Assembly: GCF_046119375.1 (NCBI RefSeq)
Contig: NW_027362768.1
Coordinates: 377,022,001 to 377,086,000, forward strand
Direction of reading: 5' to 3'
Length of the DNA stretch: 64,000 nt
From: Phyllobates terribilis
Taxonomy: Eukaryota
This document shows positions 1 to 13,700 of the stretch, piece by piece; within the stretch, counting starts at the first letter, position 1; the number at the start of each line of letters is the position of its first letter. The notes beneath the pieces were generated by a model that saw nothing but the letters and a program-made list of their open reading frames with translations, searched no databases and was not told the DNA's origin. The translations under genes were made by a program, and so were the position numbers.

Positions 1-857
1 TCCCCATCCTGTGGCTATGTGCCCCATCCAGGTCCCCATCCTGTGGCTATGTGCCCCATCCAGGTCCCCATCCTGTGGCTATGTGCCCCATCCAGGTCCC
101 CATCCTGTGGCTATGTGCCCCATCCAGGTCCCCATCCTGTGGCTATGTGCCCCATCCAGGTCCCCATCCTGTGGCTATGTGCCCCATCCAGGTCCCCATC
201 CTGTGGCTATGTGCCCCATCCAGGTCCCCATCCTGTGGCTATGTGCCCCATCCAGGTCCCCATCCTGTGGCTATGTGCCCCATCCAGGTCCCCATCCTGT
301 GGCTATGTGCCCCATCCAGGTCCCCATCCTGTGGCTATGTGCCCCATCCAGGTCCCCATCCTGTGGCTATGTGCCCCATCCAGGTCCCCATCCTGTGGCT
401 ATGTGCCCCATCCAGGTCCCCATCCTGTGGCTATGTGCCCCATCCAGGTCCCCATCCTGTGGCTATGTGCCCCATCCAGGTCCCCATCCTGTGGCTATGT
501 GCCCCATCCAGGTCCCCATCCTGTGGCTATGTGCCCCATCCAGGTCCCCATCCTGTGGCTATGTGCCCCATCCAGGTCCCCATCCTGTGGCTATGTGCCC
601 CATCCAGGTCCCCATCCTGTGGCTATGTGCCCCATCCAGGTCCCCATCCTGTGGCTATGTGCCCCATCCAGGTCCCCATCCTGTGGCTATGTGCCCCATC
701 CAGGTCCCCATCCTGTGGCTATGTGCCCCATCCAGGTCCCCATCCTGTGGCTATGTGCCCCATCCAGGTCCCCATCCTGTGGCTATGTGCCCCATCCAGG
801 TCCCCATCCTGTGGCTATGTGCCCCATCCAGGTCCCCATCCTGTGGCTATGTGCCCC
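1..857. repeat. 32-bp tandem repeat (TCCCCATCCTGTGGCTATGTGCCCCATCCAGG), ~27 copies, runs off the window start
   Basis: Unit read directly; no variant copies seen. It explains the three repetitive ORFs 11..895, 19..876 and 51..881. Confidence 0.97.
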
Positions 858-1032
858 CTGTTCTTCACACACATAAAATAGAAAAAAAAAGATGATTCTC
901 ACCTGTCCTCCGTTCCTCGGCGTCCTTCCTGCAGATGTGGCCCGCAGGCACCACAGAGTCCGACCCCTTGACGATCCCGACCTGGTCCAGGAGGAGCCGC
1001 CGACAGCAGCGCTGCATTGCCGCACAGAGACT

Positions 1033-1197
1033 GTCTCCCAGCACTGCATTTTCAATGTCAGCCGCCGGCCAATCAGAGGCCAGCAGCTGACATCTGCATA
1101 TGGCAATGACGTCATACTCGCTGCGCCGACACGCCGATATCAGCTGCTGGCCTCTGATTGGCCGGCGGCTGGCATTGGAAATGCAGTGCTGGGAGAC
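1033..1197. mobile_element. Long imperfect palindrome (62-bp arms, ~41-bp loop), probably the interior of a T2/Kolobok-type MITE
   Basis: 1033-1094 (GTCTCCCAGCACTGCATTTTCAATGTCAGCCGCCGGCCAATCAGAGGCCAGCAGCTGACATC) is the near-exact reverse complement of 1136-1197. A CCCCTGCTTTAA end-like motif follows at ~1215-1226. Confidence 0.6.
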
Positions 1198-1460
1198 TGT
1201 CCGCGTGTTTGAGACCCCTGCTTTAAGGACTGGATTTTGTGGTGGAAAATGGAAATAGATCTATTTTTTATTATAAAATATAAATCACTATCTAGTCCCT
1301 TTTGGGGTGACACTGCCTTTAAATGTTATTCCCCAAGTCCAAGAATTCTAAACAACAGTAGACACTGTGAGAATATCACTATACACTTAACCCCATGTGG
1401 TTATTCATTTCAAACCCATAGGATAACAGAGACTCTAGTTTAAATGAAAATTTTTATATT

Positions 1461-1800
1461 AAATGGGACTTCCAGGTAGTACGTGGTGGAACGCACTCCC
1501 CCACCCCCCTTTTGAATATAGCATGAACCTATGGGGCATGGCATGTAACCTTTGAATATGCATGCCATATCCCATAGGTTCATGTTCTATAAAGTTGCGA
1601 TTGACTTCCGGGGGTGCGCCCCATGCGTTCCGCTGTCCTGCCACCTTTAAATAGGTATGCCTCACCCTACGGGTTTGTGTCCGGTGTGCGGCCTGTGGGA
1701 GCTGTACGCACGCGCGTGTGACATCACCTACTGACTTCAGGGGGTGCGCTCCATGTGGACCGCGTGCGTTCCACCGCGTAGTACCCGGAAGTCCCATTTG
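1461..1800. mobile_element. ~340-bp element with ~36-bp terminal inverted repeats and an internal hairpin
   Basis: AAATGGGACTTCCAGGTAGTACGTGGTGGAACGCAC (1461-1496) pairs with GTGCGTTCCACCGCGTAGTACCCGGAAGTCCCATTT (~1765-1800). Internal hairpin at ~1517-1591. Direct repeat TGACTTC(C/A)GGGGGTGCGC at ~1602 and ~1732. Confidence 0.55.
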
Positions 1801-2259
1801 CAAATAGGTGCATTATACAAGCGCGCGATGAGCCATTAAAGCACCTCGCGGCTGACACATAATTAATGGGATAGCACCCTATAGACAGCCCCTTGGACGC
1901 CCGACCAATCATCAGACATCTCTTATTTCTTTTCACTTTCTTTCCTATACATCGATTAATGCAATTGGCTAGATGGCTATATATATACCCAAACCCCCCA
2001 GTTGAAGGACACACCCCCGGAAGAAGCTTAACAGAGAAACGGCGTAGGGTTCTTGAGAGGAAAATACTGTCAACATGGTCAGTCTGTAGCAATTTCAATA
2101 GGCGTATTAACTATCCCATGTCACCTATCATATCGGTAAGCAGCTGTTTTCGGTTTACTTAATGGAATAGGGCAATACGGGCATTTTTCTTTCCAAGTAT
2201 GAATTTAGCACTTTGACTATTGATTGAATGTCGGATTCCCCATCCTTTATTCTATATTG

Positions 2260-2570
2260 AGGCTATGTGCCCACGATGCAGAATTGAAGCAGAAAATTTC
2301 CGCAGCGTTTCTGCATGTTCTTGGCAGTCAAAAACGCTTGCGGATTTTACACGCGTTTTTCAAATGCATTGGGACCTTAAATCCACATGCAGAAACGCAC
2401 AAATAATGGACATGCTGCGGATTTTTCCACAAGGAAAATCCGCTGCAGAAAATTCCGCAGCATGTGCACAGAACATGCAGATTTTCATTGGGGATCATGT
2501 GGCACGGATTACCAAGCGTTTAAATTCCGCATCAGAAACGCTTGAAAAACGCATAGTGAGCACGCAGCCT
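2260..2570. mobile_element. Non-autonomous MITE-like element (AGGCT...AGCCT ends)
   Basis: Left end AGGCTATGTGCCCACGATGC and right end GCATAGTGAGCACGCAGCCT are imperfect inverted repeats. The interior is rich in CCGCAG/GCGG(A/T)TTT motifs. Confidence 0.6.
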
Positions 2571-3276
2571 GATTGACCGATCATTGTACAATTTGCACTT
2601 TGTCAGATCTGTTTACAAATGTTTATAGTACTAATTTAAATATACATCAAGTGAATAAGTTGGTTTAGTTGATTGCTATATAATCATGCGAAATGTGATG
2701 TGACCAAGTTATATATCGCATCTCTATTTCCTGGGTGTCCCCTGTCACTTTTCTATTCTTGTATATTTTTATTCAATACTTATATTAAAAAAAAAAAAAA
2801 AAAAAAAAAACATTTTTAATTTAAACTAGAGTCTCTGTTATACTATGGGATTGAAATGAATAACCACATTCGGGTGAAGTGTATAGTGTCTTTAAATGTT
2901 GCAGCGGTGGGGCTTATCCAGGTGTATAAAGTGAGATGGTTAGCTAGGAATACCCCTTTAAAACGCAGTAGCTTGCTGCCCGTGTGCACTCACTTTACGG
3001 TTGGTGGTGACCTGACCTCTAGGATTCCCCCCTGGGCCTGATGATGAAGGGGGTCCCAGTTTACCGCTGCACCCTGACAGTGCAGGTTCGCACAGCCAGG
3101 AGGTCGGGGTTCTCCTTACCTTCTATTTCATGGCCTGTGTGGGATCCAGAGCTGACATCACTGGGAGGAGAACCCCTGTAATCAGTGCAGGCCCCATCTC
3201 TCGGCCTCCCGATGCCATGTTGTTTGTTAGTGCGGACAGCGAGCGCCTCCATCCTTGTGTGCGCGCGGACAGCGAG

Positions 3277-4152
<876 letters not shown>

Positions 4153-4775
4153 ACCAATCGCTCTGGGTATTTGTGCTAATAAACATAACACAAGTTTTGG
4201 ACTTCAGTCTTTGTGTCTTGGAGCGAACGAGTATCAGATAAAGTGATGGTATAAGGGGAAGTGTCTGCGCCCCATGTACCACGATCTTCAAGAATCGCTT
4301 CCAGCGCAGCTCACTTCTGCTGTGGTAGTTGAGCGGTGTTGGTGACATCCCATCAATATGGTATGGTGCAGGGGTCCTGTCACGTACCTGTCGACCCATT
4401 CACCACCACCTGATCCAGAAGTGAGCCGCACTGGAGCATCCTTTTAAAGGGACTTTACGTACACTGTTCTGGGTAGTGCTGCATCCGAGGGGATGGGACT
4501 TTAATACCTCCTGACACCTTCTCCAGACCATACCCCCTGCACCCACATCATTGCATACAGTATGGCTGCCGGTAGGCTCAGTTTTCTGCTCTGGAATGAC
4601 TTCATCAATAATCAGGTTGGGTTTTAGGTTTTTATTTTTTTAACACAAACTTGGTTTCCTATTTGAAGCCTTTATAGATGCAATGCGGCAGCCGCCTCTG
4701 GGCGCGGAGCTCAGACTTGGTAGCATTGTATTTGGTGCGTCTGGTTGGATCTCTGCTCTGCAGCTGCTGTCACTC

Positions 4776-7700
4776 TTAGCTGATGTCCATCATCTCCGTG
4801 CTGCAGGCTGTCACCGAGTCTTTCTGGATGGTCTCCATCAGGGATGAGAGCTCAGGGTTGGCTCTGATCTGCATCAGGAACTCGGCCATGCTGCGGCTGT
4901 TCTCCACCTCCGGGATGGTCAGCAGCGCTGTGATGGTTCTCATAGCTGAGCGCTTCAGCTCATCCTGCTTCTCAAACTCTTGCTTCACGGAGCCGGCCTT
5001 CACCTGCGAGCAGAAGGTGAATCATTTATTTATCTGATGAAGTAGGATCAATGAGCGGGCTGACGGTTCTGCCCTGATCAGATCACATGTCTGCTGAGAA
5101 CACATCTGGACGTGTATCTCTAACTCTCCATACGCCCTTCAGGGCTGCTTCCTACCAGGGGTTATACCTTGGTGGTGCAGGTGGCTCGAAGGGGTTCGAT
5201 GAGCTGATCCAGGCGCTGGAGAACAGCACTGGGGCACAGAGTAGCCAAACGGGTGAGGATGATGAAGGTGAGCATCTGCAAAACGAGAAAGAGTCTCATG
5301 GGCTGAGAAGTGTTATGTGGTGCAGAAAAGCCGCCTCTCACCGGTCACTTAGTGTGGTTTCTGGGTGGTGTGGGAGCCACTAGTTACCCTAATGTCATAG
5401 TGATCCTTCAGTCCGTCCTCCACGTGGTTCAGATATTCGTAGATGTCCAGCTGGTCCAGGCAGCTCTCCAGCAGGGTGTACATGCACTCAAACGCCGCCT
5501 TCCGGACATCCAGCCCGTCGTCCACGGTGTGCTTGAATGGGCCCATCTCCACCTGCCATGAAAATCCCAGCACCGTTCAGCAAACATCCTGAAGTTACTT
5601 ATTAAATATCATTTAATCCCAATTTTTTATGTTAAAGAGGCTACAATGTGCTGCTGCTTAAGTGGTGGTCTGAGGACTGGGACCCCCACCGGTCAGTCTG
5701 AAGTACACAATGGTGCCCACTTCACAGCAGTATATTCAATGACCATGGGGGTCCCAGTACACAGACTCGCACATATCAGTAGCTCGTAAACACATGAATT
5801 AAATGATCATATGTTGAGCTGCAGTACCACACCCAACCTGTGGACAGCTGTGGCACTGTTAAAAATTATCCCTTAGAGCATTGATTGTTGACTGCTACTA
5901 ATGTGATAGACGTCTATTGAAATGTCTTCTCACCTCGCGGATCAATTCTTTCCGTACTTTGGTCTCTTCGTACACAGGCGGAAGGACTCTACTCAGAAGT
6001 TTCCGCACCAGAGATGGTTTGTTATGAGCGGCTGAATTAAACATGACCAGAGTGACGCGACGGACATTGGGCTCCGTGTCCTTGAGGGGTTTTAAGAAAT
6101 CGCCTGTGTATAAAACACGGATAAAACTATTTTAGTTCAGGTCTTATTTACATTTTCCATTTGCACTTGTAATGCAGGTCGGTGACCACTAGGTGTCAGT
6201 CATGTATTTTCAGAGCCCTTACCAATGCAATTCTTCAGGAGGGGGTCAATGGGAGCCGGCTGGTCAGATATGGTGAATTTGATAGCGGTGACAACTGTGC
6301 TGCGAGTATGCGGGGAACCTGCGAAGCGGGGAACAAGTGATGAAAAGATAAACACGACCCATCTATTTGAAGGCCCTGCCACATGGATACTGATTTTGTA
6401 AATCACACCAGTAAGGGAACTGCAAAAGCTTATGGACATAAAAGGGGTTATAATTGAGTCCAACAAGATCTCTTTATATCTGCACAGTGCTGCCCCTAGT
6501 GGCTGTATAAATCTATGTAGTGAGCTCCCTCTAGTGGTGACTATAAACCTGTATGTATTGAGCTCCCTCTAGTGGCGGCTGTACAAATCTGTATGTAGTG
6601 AGCTCCCTCTAGTGGTGGCTGTATAAATCTGTATGTAGTGAGCTCCCTCTAGTGGTGGCTGTATAAATCTGTATGTAGTGAGCTCTCCCTAGTGGAGCCT
6701 GTATAAATCTGTATGTAGTGAGCTCTCCCTAGTGGTGGCTGTATAAATCTGTATGTAGTGAGCTCCCTCTGGTGGCGGCTGTATAAATCTGTATGTAGTG
6801 AGCTCCCTCTAGTGGCGGCTGTATAAATCTGTATGTAGTGCGCTCCCTCTAGTGGGGGTTGTATAAATCTGTATGTAGTGAGCTCCCTATAGTGATGGCT
6901 GTATAAATCTGTATGAAGTGAGCTCCCTCTAGTGGTGGCTGTATAAATCTGTATGTAGTGAGCTCCCTCTAGTGGCGGCTGTATAAATCTGTATGTAGTG
7001 AGCTCCCTCTAGTGGCGGCTGTATAAAGCTGTATGTAGTGCACTCCCTCTAGTGGGGGTTGTATAAATCTGTATGTAGTGAGCTCCCTATAGTGATGGCT
7101 GTATAAATCTGTATGAAGTGAGCTCCCTCTAGTGGTGACTATAAACCTGTATGTAGTGAGCTCCCTCTAGTGGTGACTATAAACCTGTATGTAGTGAGCT
7201 CCCTCTAGTGGTGACTATAAACCTGTATGTAGTGAGCTCCCTCTAGTGGTGACTATAAACCTGTATGTAGTGAGCTCCCTCTAGTGGCGGCTGTATAAAT
7301 CTGTATGTAGTGAGCTCCCTCTAGTGGCGGCTGTATAAATCTGTATGTAGTGAGCTCCCTCTAGTGGCGGCTGTATAAATCTGTATGTAGTGAGCTCTCC
7401 CTAGTGGTGACTGTATAAATCTATATGTAGTGCGCTCCCTCTAGTGGGGGTTGTATAAATCTGTATGTAGTGAGCTCCCTATAGTGATGGCTGTATAAAT
7501 CTGTATGTGGTGACTGTATGAAGTGAGCTCCCTCTAGTGGCGGCTGTATAAATCTGTATGTAGTGAGCTCCCTCTAGTGGCAGCTGTATAAATCTGTATG
7601 TAGTGAGCTCCCTCTAGTGGTGGCTATATAAATCTGTATGTAGTGAGCTTCCTCTAGTGGTGGCTGTATAAATCTGTATGTAGTGAGCTTCCTCTAGTGG

Positions 7701-10700
7701 TGACTGTATAAATCTGTATGAAGAGAGCTCCCTCTAGTGGTGACTGTATAAATCTGTATGTAGTGAGCTTCCTCTAGTGGTGGCTGTATAAATCTGTATG
7801 CAGTGAGCTCCCTCTAGTGGTGGCTGTATAAATCTGTATGTAGTGAGCTCTCCCTAGTGGTGGCTGTATAAATCTGTATGAAGAGAGCTCCCTCTAGTGG
7901 TGACTGTATAAACCTGTATGTAGTGAGCTCCCTCTAGTGGTGACTGTATAAATCTGTATGTAGTGAGCTCCCTCTAGTGGTGACTGTATAAATCTGTATG
8001 CAGTGAGCTCCCCTAGTGGTGGCTGTATAAATCTGTATGAAGAGAGCTCCCTCTAGTGGTGACTGTATAAACCTGTATGTAGTGAGCTCCCTCTAGTGGT
8101 GACTGTATAAATATGTATGTAGTGAGCTCCCTCTAGTGGTGGCTGTATAAATATGTATGTAGTGAGCTCCCTCTAGTGGTGGCTGTATAAATCTGTATGT
8201 AGTGAGCTCCCTCTAGTGGTGGCTGTATAAATCTGTATGCAGTGAGCTCCCCTAGTGGTGGCTGTATAAATCTGTATGTAGTGAGCTCCCTCTAGTGGTG
8301 GCTGTATAAATCTTTATGCAGTGAGCTCCCCTAGTGGCGGCTGTATAAATCTGTATGTAGTAGTGAGCTCTCCCTAGCGGTGGCTGTATAAATCTGTATG
8401 AAGAGAGCTCCCTCTAGTGGTGACTGTATAAATCTATGTAGTGAGCTCTCCCTAGTGGTGACTGTATAAATCTGTATGAAGAGAGCTCCCTCTAGTGGTG
8501 GCTGTATAAATCTATGTAGTGAGCTCTCCCTAGTGGTGACTATAAATCTGTATGTAGTGAGCTCCCTCTAGTGGTGGCTATATAAATCTGTATGTAGTGA
8601 GCTCCCTCTAGTGGTGACTGTATAAATCTGTATGAAGAGAGCTCCCTCTAGTGGTGACTGTATAAATCTGTATGTAGTGAGCTCCCTCTAGTGGTGGCTG
8701 TATAAATCTGTATGTAGTGAGCTCCCTCTAGTGGTGGCTGTATAAATCTGTATGTAGTGAGCTCCCTCTAGTGGTGGCTGTATAAATCTGTATGTAGTGA
8801 GCTCCCTCTAGTGGTGGCTGTATAAATCTGTATGTAGTGAGCTCCCTCTAGTGGTGGCTGTATAAATCTGTATGTAGTGAGCTCCCTCTAGTGGTGGCTG
8901 TATAAATCTGTATGTAGTGAGCTCCCTCTAGTGGTGGCTGTATAAATCTGTATGTAGTGAGCTCCCTCTAGTGGTGGCTGTATAAATCTGTATGTAGTGA
9001 GCTCCCTCTAGTGGTGGCTGTATAAATCTGTATGAAGAGAGCTCCCTCTAGTGGTGACTGTATAAACCTGTATGTAGTGAGCTCCCTCTAGTGGTGACTG
9101 TATAAATCTGTATGCAGTGAGCTCCCCTAGTGGTGGCTGTATAAATCTGTATGTAGTGAGCTCCCTCTAGTGGTGGCTGTATAAATCTGTATGCAGTGAG
9201 CTCCCCTAGTGGCGGCTGTATAAATCTGTATGCAGTGAGCTCCCTCTAGTGGTGGCTGTATAAATCTGTATGCAGTGAGCTCCCCTAGTGGTGGCTGTAT
9301 AAATCTGTATGCAGTGAGCTCCCCTAGTGGCGGCTGTATAAATCTGTATGCAGTGAGCTCTCCCTAGTGGCGGCTGTATAAATCTGTATGAAGAGAGCTC
9401 CCTCTAGTGGTGACTGTATAAATCTATGTAGTGAGCTCTCCCTAGTGGTGACTGTATAAATCTGTATGAAGAGAGCTCCCTCTAGTGGTGACTGTATAAA
9501 TCTGTATGCAGTGAGCTCCCCTAGTGGTGGCTGTATAAATCTATATGTGGTGCGCTCCCTCTAGTGGGGGTTGTATAAATCTGTATGTAGTGAGCTCCCT
9601 CTAGTGGTGACTGTATAAATCTGTATGTAGTGCGCTCCCTCTAGTGGTGACTGTATAAATCTGTATGTAGTGAGCTCCCTCTAGTGGGGGTTGTATAAAT
9701 CTGTATGCAGTGAGCTCCCTCTAGTGGTGACTGTATAAATCTGTATGTAGTGAGCTCCCTATAGTGATGGCTGTATAAATCTGTATGTGGTGACTGTATG
9801 AAGTGAGCTCCCTCTAGTGGTGGCTGTATAAATCTGTATGTAGTGAGCTCCCTCTAGTGGTGGCTGTATAAATCTGTAGTGAGCTCCCTCTAGTGGTAAC
9901 TATAAATCTGTATGCAGTGAGCTCCCTCTAGTGGTGGCTGTATAAATCTGTATGCAGTGAGCTCCCCCGAGTGGTGGCTATAAATCTGTATGTAGTGAGC
10001 TCCCTCTAGTGTTGACTGTATAAATCTGTATGCAGTGAGCTCCCCCTAGTGGTGGCTGTATAAATCTGTATGTAGTGAGCTCTCTAGTGGTGGCTGTATA
10101 AATCTGTATGTAGTGAGCTCCCTCTAGTGGTGGCTATAAATCTGTATGTAGTGATCTCCCTCTATTGGTGGCTGTATAAATCTGTATGTAGTGAGCTCCC
10201 TCTAGTGTTGACTGTATAAATCTGTATGTAGTGAGCTCCCTCTAGTGGTGGCTGTATAAATCTGTATGCAGTGAGCTCCCCCTAGTGGTGGCTGTATAAA
10301 TCTGTATGTAGTGAGCTCCCTCTAGTGTTGACTGTATAAATCTGTATGAAGAGAGCTCCCTCTAGTGGTGACTGTATAAACCTGTATGTAGTGAGCTCCC
10401 TCTAGTGGTGGCTGTATAAATCTGTATGTAGTGAGCGCTCCCTAGTGGTGGCTGTATAAATCTGTATGTAGTGAGCTCCCTCTAGTGATGACTGTATAAA
10501 TCTGTATGTAGTGAGCTCCCTCTAGTGGTGGCTGTATAAATCTGTATGTAGTGAGCTCTCTCTAGTGGTGGCTGTATAAATCTGTATGTAGTGAGCTCCC
10601 TCTAGTGATGACTGTATAAATCTGTATGTAGTGAGCTCCCTCTAGTGGTGGCTGTATAAATCTGTATGTAGTGAGCTCCCTCTAGTGATGACTGTATAAA

Positions 10701-13700
10701 TCTGTATGTACTGAGCTCCCTCTAGTGGTAGCGGTATAAATCACCTGAGCTCAGCTGCTTGCACAGTCGCGGCAGGAGCTGTTCCGGGTTCACAAGGGTC
10801 AGCTTTCCCACACATTCGGCTACCACGTTCCTGGTGCCTTCCTCCACTGCCTCGCAGTGCTCCAGCAGCAGTTTCCAGACATCTTCCTGGTATGGTCGCA
10901 GCTCCTCGCTGGGCAGGCAGGTTAGCGCTTCTTTAAGAGAGTGCAGGAGCAGGTACTGCCTTCTGAGCTGACCCCCAATTTCATGCAGAAGGAAGGGCAG
11001 AAAATCTGCAGGACTGCCCACGCAGGCGTTTCCAAGGGCATACGATGCTGCAGACTTCACTTCCTCGCTAGGAGATGCAAAAGCCTCAAGGATCACAGTC
11101 TTCAGCTCCTTCTGCTGGCTGCCAAGGCTCCGCTCACGCCCAATTTCTGCCAGTGTCAAGAACGCCAACACCTTCACTGGGTCTCCGACACGGGGATTTT
11201 TGGCATCTTGTATGAATTGGGTAATGGAAGCATTGGATTCCTTAGGGCAGGCACTGGCCAAAGTGGCCACGCACTTGGCCACGGAATGGAAGGCCTGTTT
11301 GTGAAGGGTGGGCCCAGTAGACTGGACAGGACTGGTGAGTTGTTTGAGAAGATCGGCGTATCCGAGGTGAGCTGTGTGGCTCATGACCAACGCTTGTAAG
11401 AAGGAAAGAATGGATGCCAAGGCGCCTCCTTGGAGTAGAGCCGAGTGCACCAGCTGGAACAGTTGGGGAAGGATGCAGGCACTAAGTTTGGGAAGAGAAG
11501 CTGGATGTGCAGACACCAAGGTGGTAAGAAAATCTACAGACACTTGAGCCAAATGCATGTCCGATTCAGCCAGAAGAGACGGAAGCTCCCCCAGCACTGG
11601 CTCCAACATGGCGGACTTCAAACAGTCATTGTAGTTCCTCACTAACACCTCAAGGGTCGATACTGTTCCTAGCCTGAGGGCTCGCTGGTTTTTACGAAGG
11701 AAGGAGGCCAGAATCGGCAGTGCGTCCTTCAGCAACGGCCGCAGGTCAATCTTGAGAGGAGATCCTGCAATGAGGGCGAGAACCCTCACCGCCGTCAGTC
11801 TTGTGATTTCATTGCGCAGGCGTTCGAGGATGAGCAGGAGCGTGGATGGGAGATCATTCCCCAGTTGGTCTCCAAGATGGCTTATGAGATGACCCATGCA
11901 AGACAAAGCCCTCTCCTTCACCTCCTGGTCAATATCTGTCGCCTGAAGTCTTTTCAATGTGGCACTGAATAACTCTTTGGTATAGGGTGAACGCTCAGGT
12001 ACCTTGGCCTGGTCCAGCGGTCGGATCACTTTTACCAACTGTTGAGCCACAAGTAGGGCTTCCGAGGTGATCTTGTAGAAGGTGTCAGAAATACAGGTGA
12101 CCACCGGAGGTAAGAGGGCTGGAAGGTGGGGCTGGAAGCATTCTGGGGGGTGACAGCCGAGGATGACGTGAAGGAACATGAGCGTATCCAGGCGCATGTT
12201 GGAGCTGCTGCCTTTATCCGTCAAGGAGAAAGCGAGACCTATTGGTGAAAACAAATATATGGCCACTTGGTGACACAAGAAGACTTCACTCAGTGCTGCC
12301 TATGGATATCATGGGAGTCCTACCTGGGACCAGTGCAGGGATGTGTTGGGAGAGGCAGCCAGGAAGGGCACCAGTCAGTTCTGTAAGAACTGCAAAACAT
12401 CCCTGACGAGACTTGATGCTCTTGTCCCTGAGCAGTTTCTGGAGAGACTTCATAACCGATGGGACCTATAGAGGAAGGACATCGATGTGGTGACCAAAGG
12501 GCGGCGCAGGAATCAGAAGGCTCTTAGCTTTGCCTCCCGGCTTTGGTCACCTGTTTCTGCAGAGCATTGAGAGGACTATCCCCCTTATCTGTGGCCTCCA
12601 CATTCTGTCTGCAGCTGTGAGAACAGCGCGTCTGCCGGAGCAGTGCGATGTACGCAGAGAAGATGTCCGCCTTCACGTTCTCCTCTCTTTCCTTGAATCG
12701 TGAAATGATCGTGGGAGCCGCTGACCTGTAAAATTCTGATAGGAGATCGGGTCTGGCACTGATCAGAGTCTCCAGGCACTTAGCAGCTGAGCGCCTCACT
12801 TTCCAGCTCATATCATCATCATCACTGTATTCTTCATCACTCTCTAGAGACACCAAACCAGCATTATTTATATTATTCACAGTGGCAGTATTATAATAGT
12901 TATATTCTTGTACATAGGAGCAGTATTATAGTAGTTATATTCTTGTTTATAGGGGTCAGTATTATAGTAGTTATATTCTTGTACATAGGATCAGTATTAT
13001 AGTAGTTATATTCTTGTACATAGGATCAGTATTATAGTAGTTATATTCTTGTACATAGGAGCAGTATTATAGTAGTTATATTCTTGTTTATAGGGGTCAG
13101 TATTATAGTAGTTATATTCTTGTACATAGGAGCAGTATTATAGTAGTTATATTCTTGTACATAGGGAGCAGTATTATAATAGTTATATTCTTGTACATAG
13201 GGGCAGTATTATAGTAGTTATATTCTTGTACATAGGGAGCAGTATTATAATAGTTATATTCTTGTACATAGGGGCAGTATTATAGTAGTTATATTCTTGT
13301 ACATAGGGAGCAGTATTATAGTAGTTATATTCTTATACATAGGGGGGCAGTATTATAGTAGTTATATTCTTGTACATAGGGGCAGTATTATAGTAGTTCT
13401 ATTCTTGCACATAGGGGGCAGTATTATAGTAGTTCTATTCTTGCACATAGGGGGCAGTATTATAGTAGTTATATTCTTGTACATAGGAGCAGTATTATAG
13501 TAGTTATATTCTTGTACATAGGAGCAGTATTATAGTAGTTATATTCTTGTACATAGAGGCAGTATTATAGTAGTTATATTCTTGTACATAGGGGCAGTAT
13601 TATAGTAGTTATATTCTTGCACATAGGGGGCAGTATTATAGTAGTTATATTCTTGCACATAGGGGGCAGTATTATAGTAGTTATATTCTTGTACATAGGA

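Noticed and set aside
11-895. 276-294-aa ORFs open in three frames
   Set aside because: A stop-free 32-bp unit cycles through all frames; not evidence of coding.
901-1020. First exon of EFCAB12 or another upstream neighbour
   Set aside because: No ATG or coding similarity, and the sequence context resembles a MITE interior, so no gene name was assigned.
3038-3160. Possible C/D box snoRNA (ATGATGA at ~3041; CTGA at ~3074 or ~3152)
   Set aside because: The near D box is too close, the far one lacks a convincing terminal stem, and I know of no C/D snoRNA hosted in RPL32.
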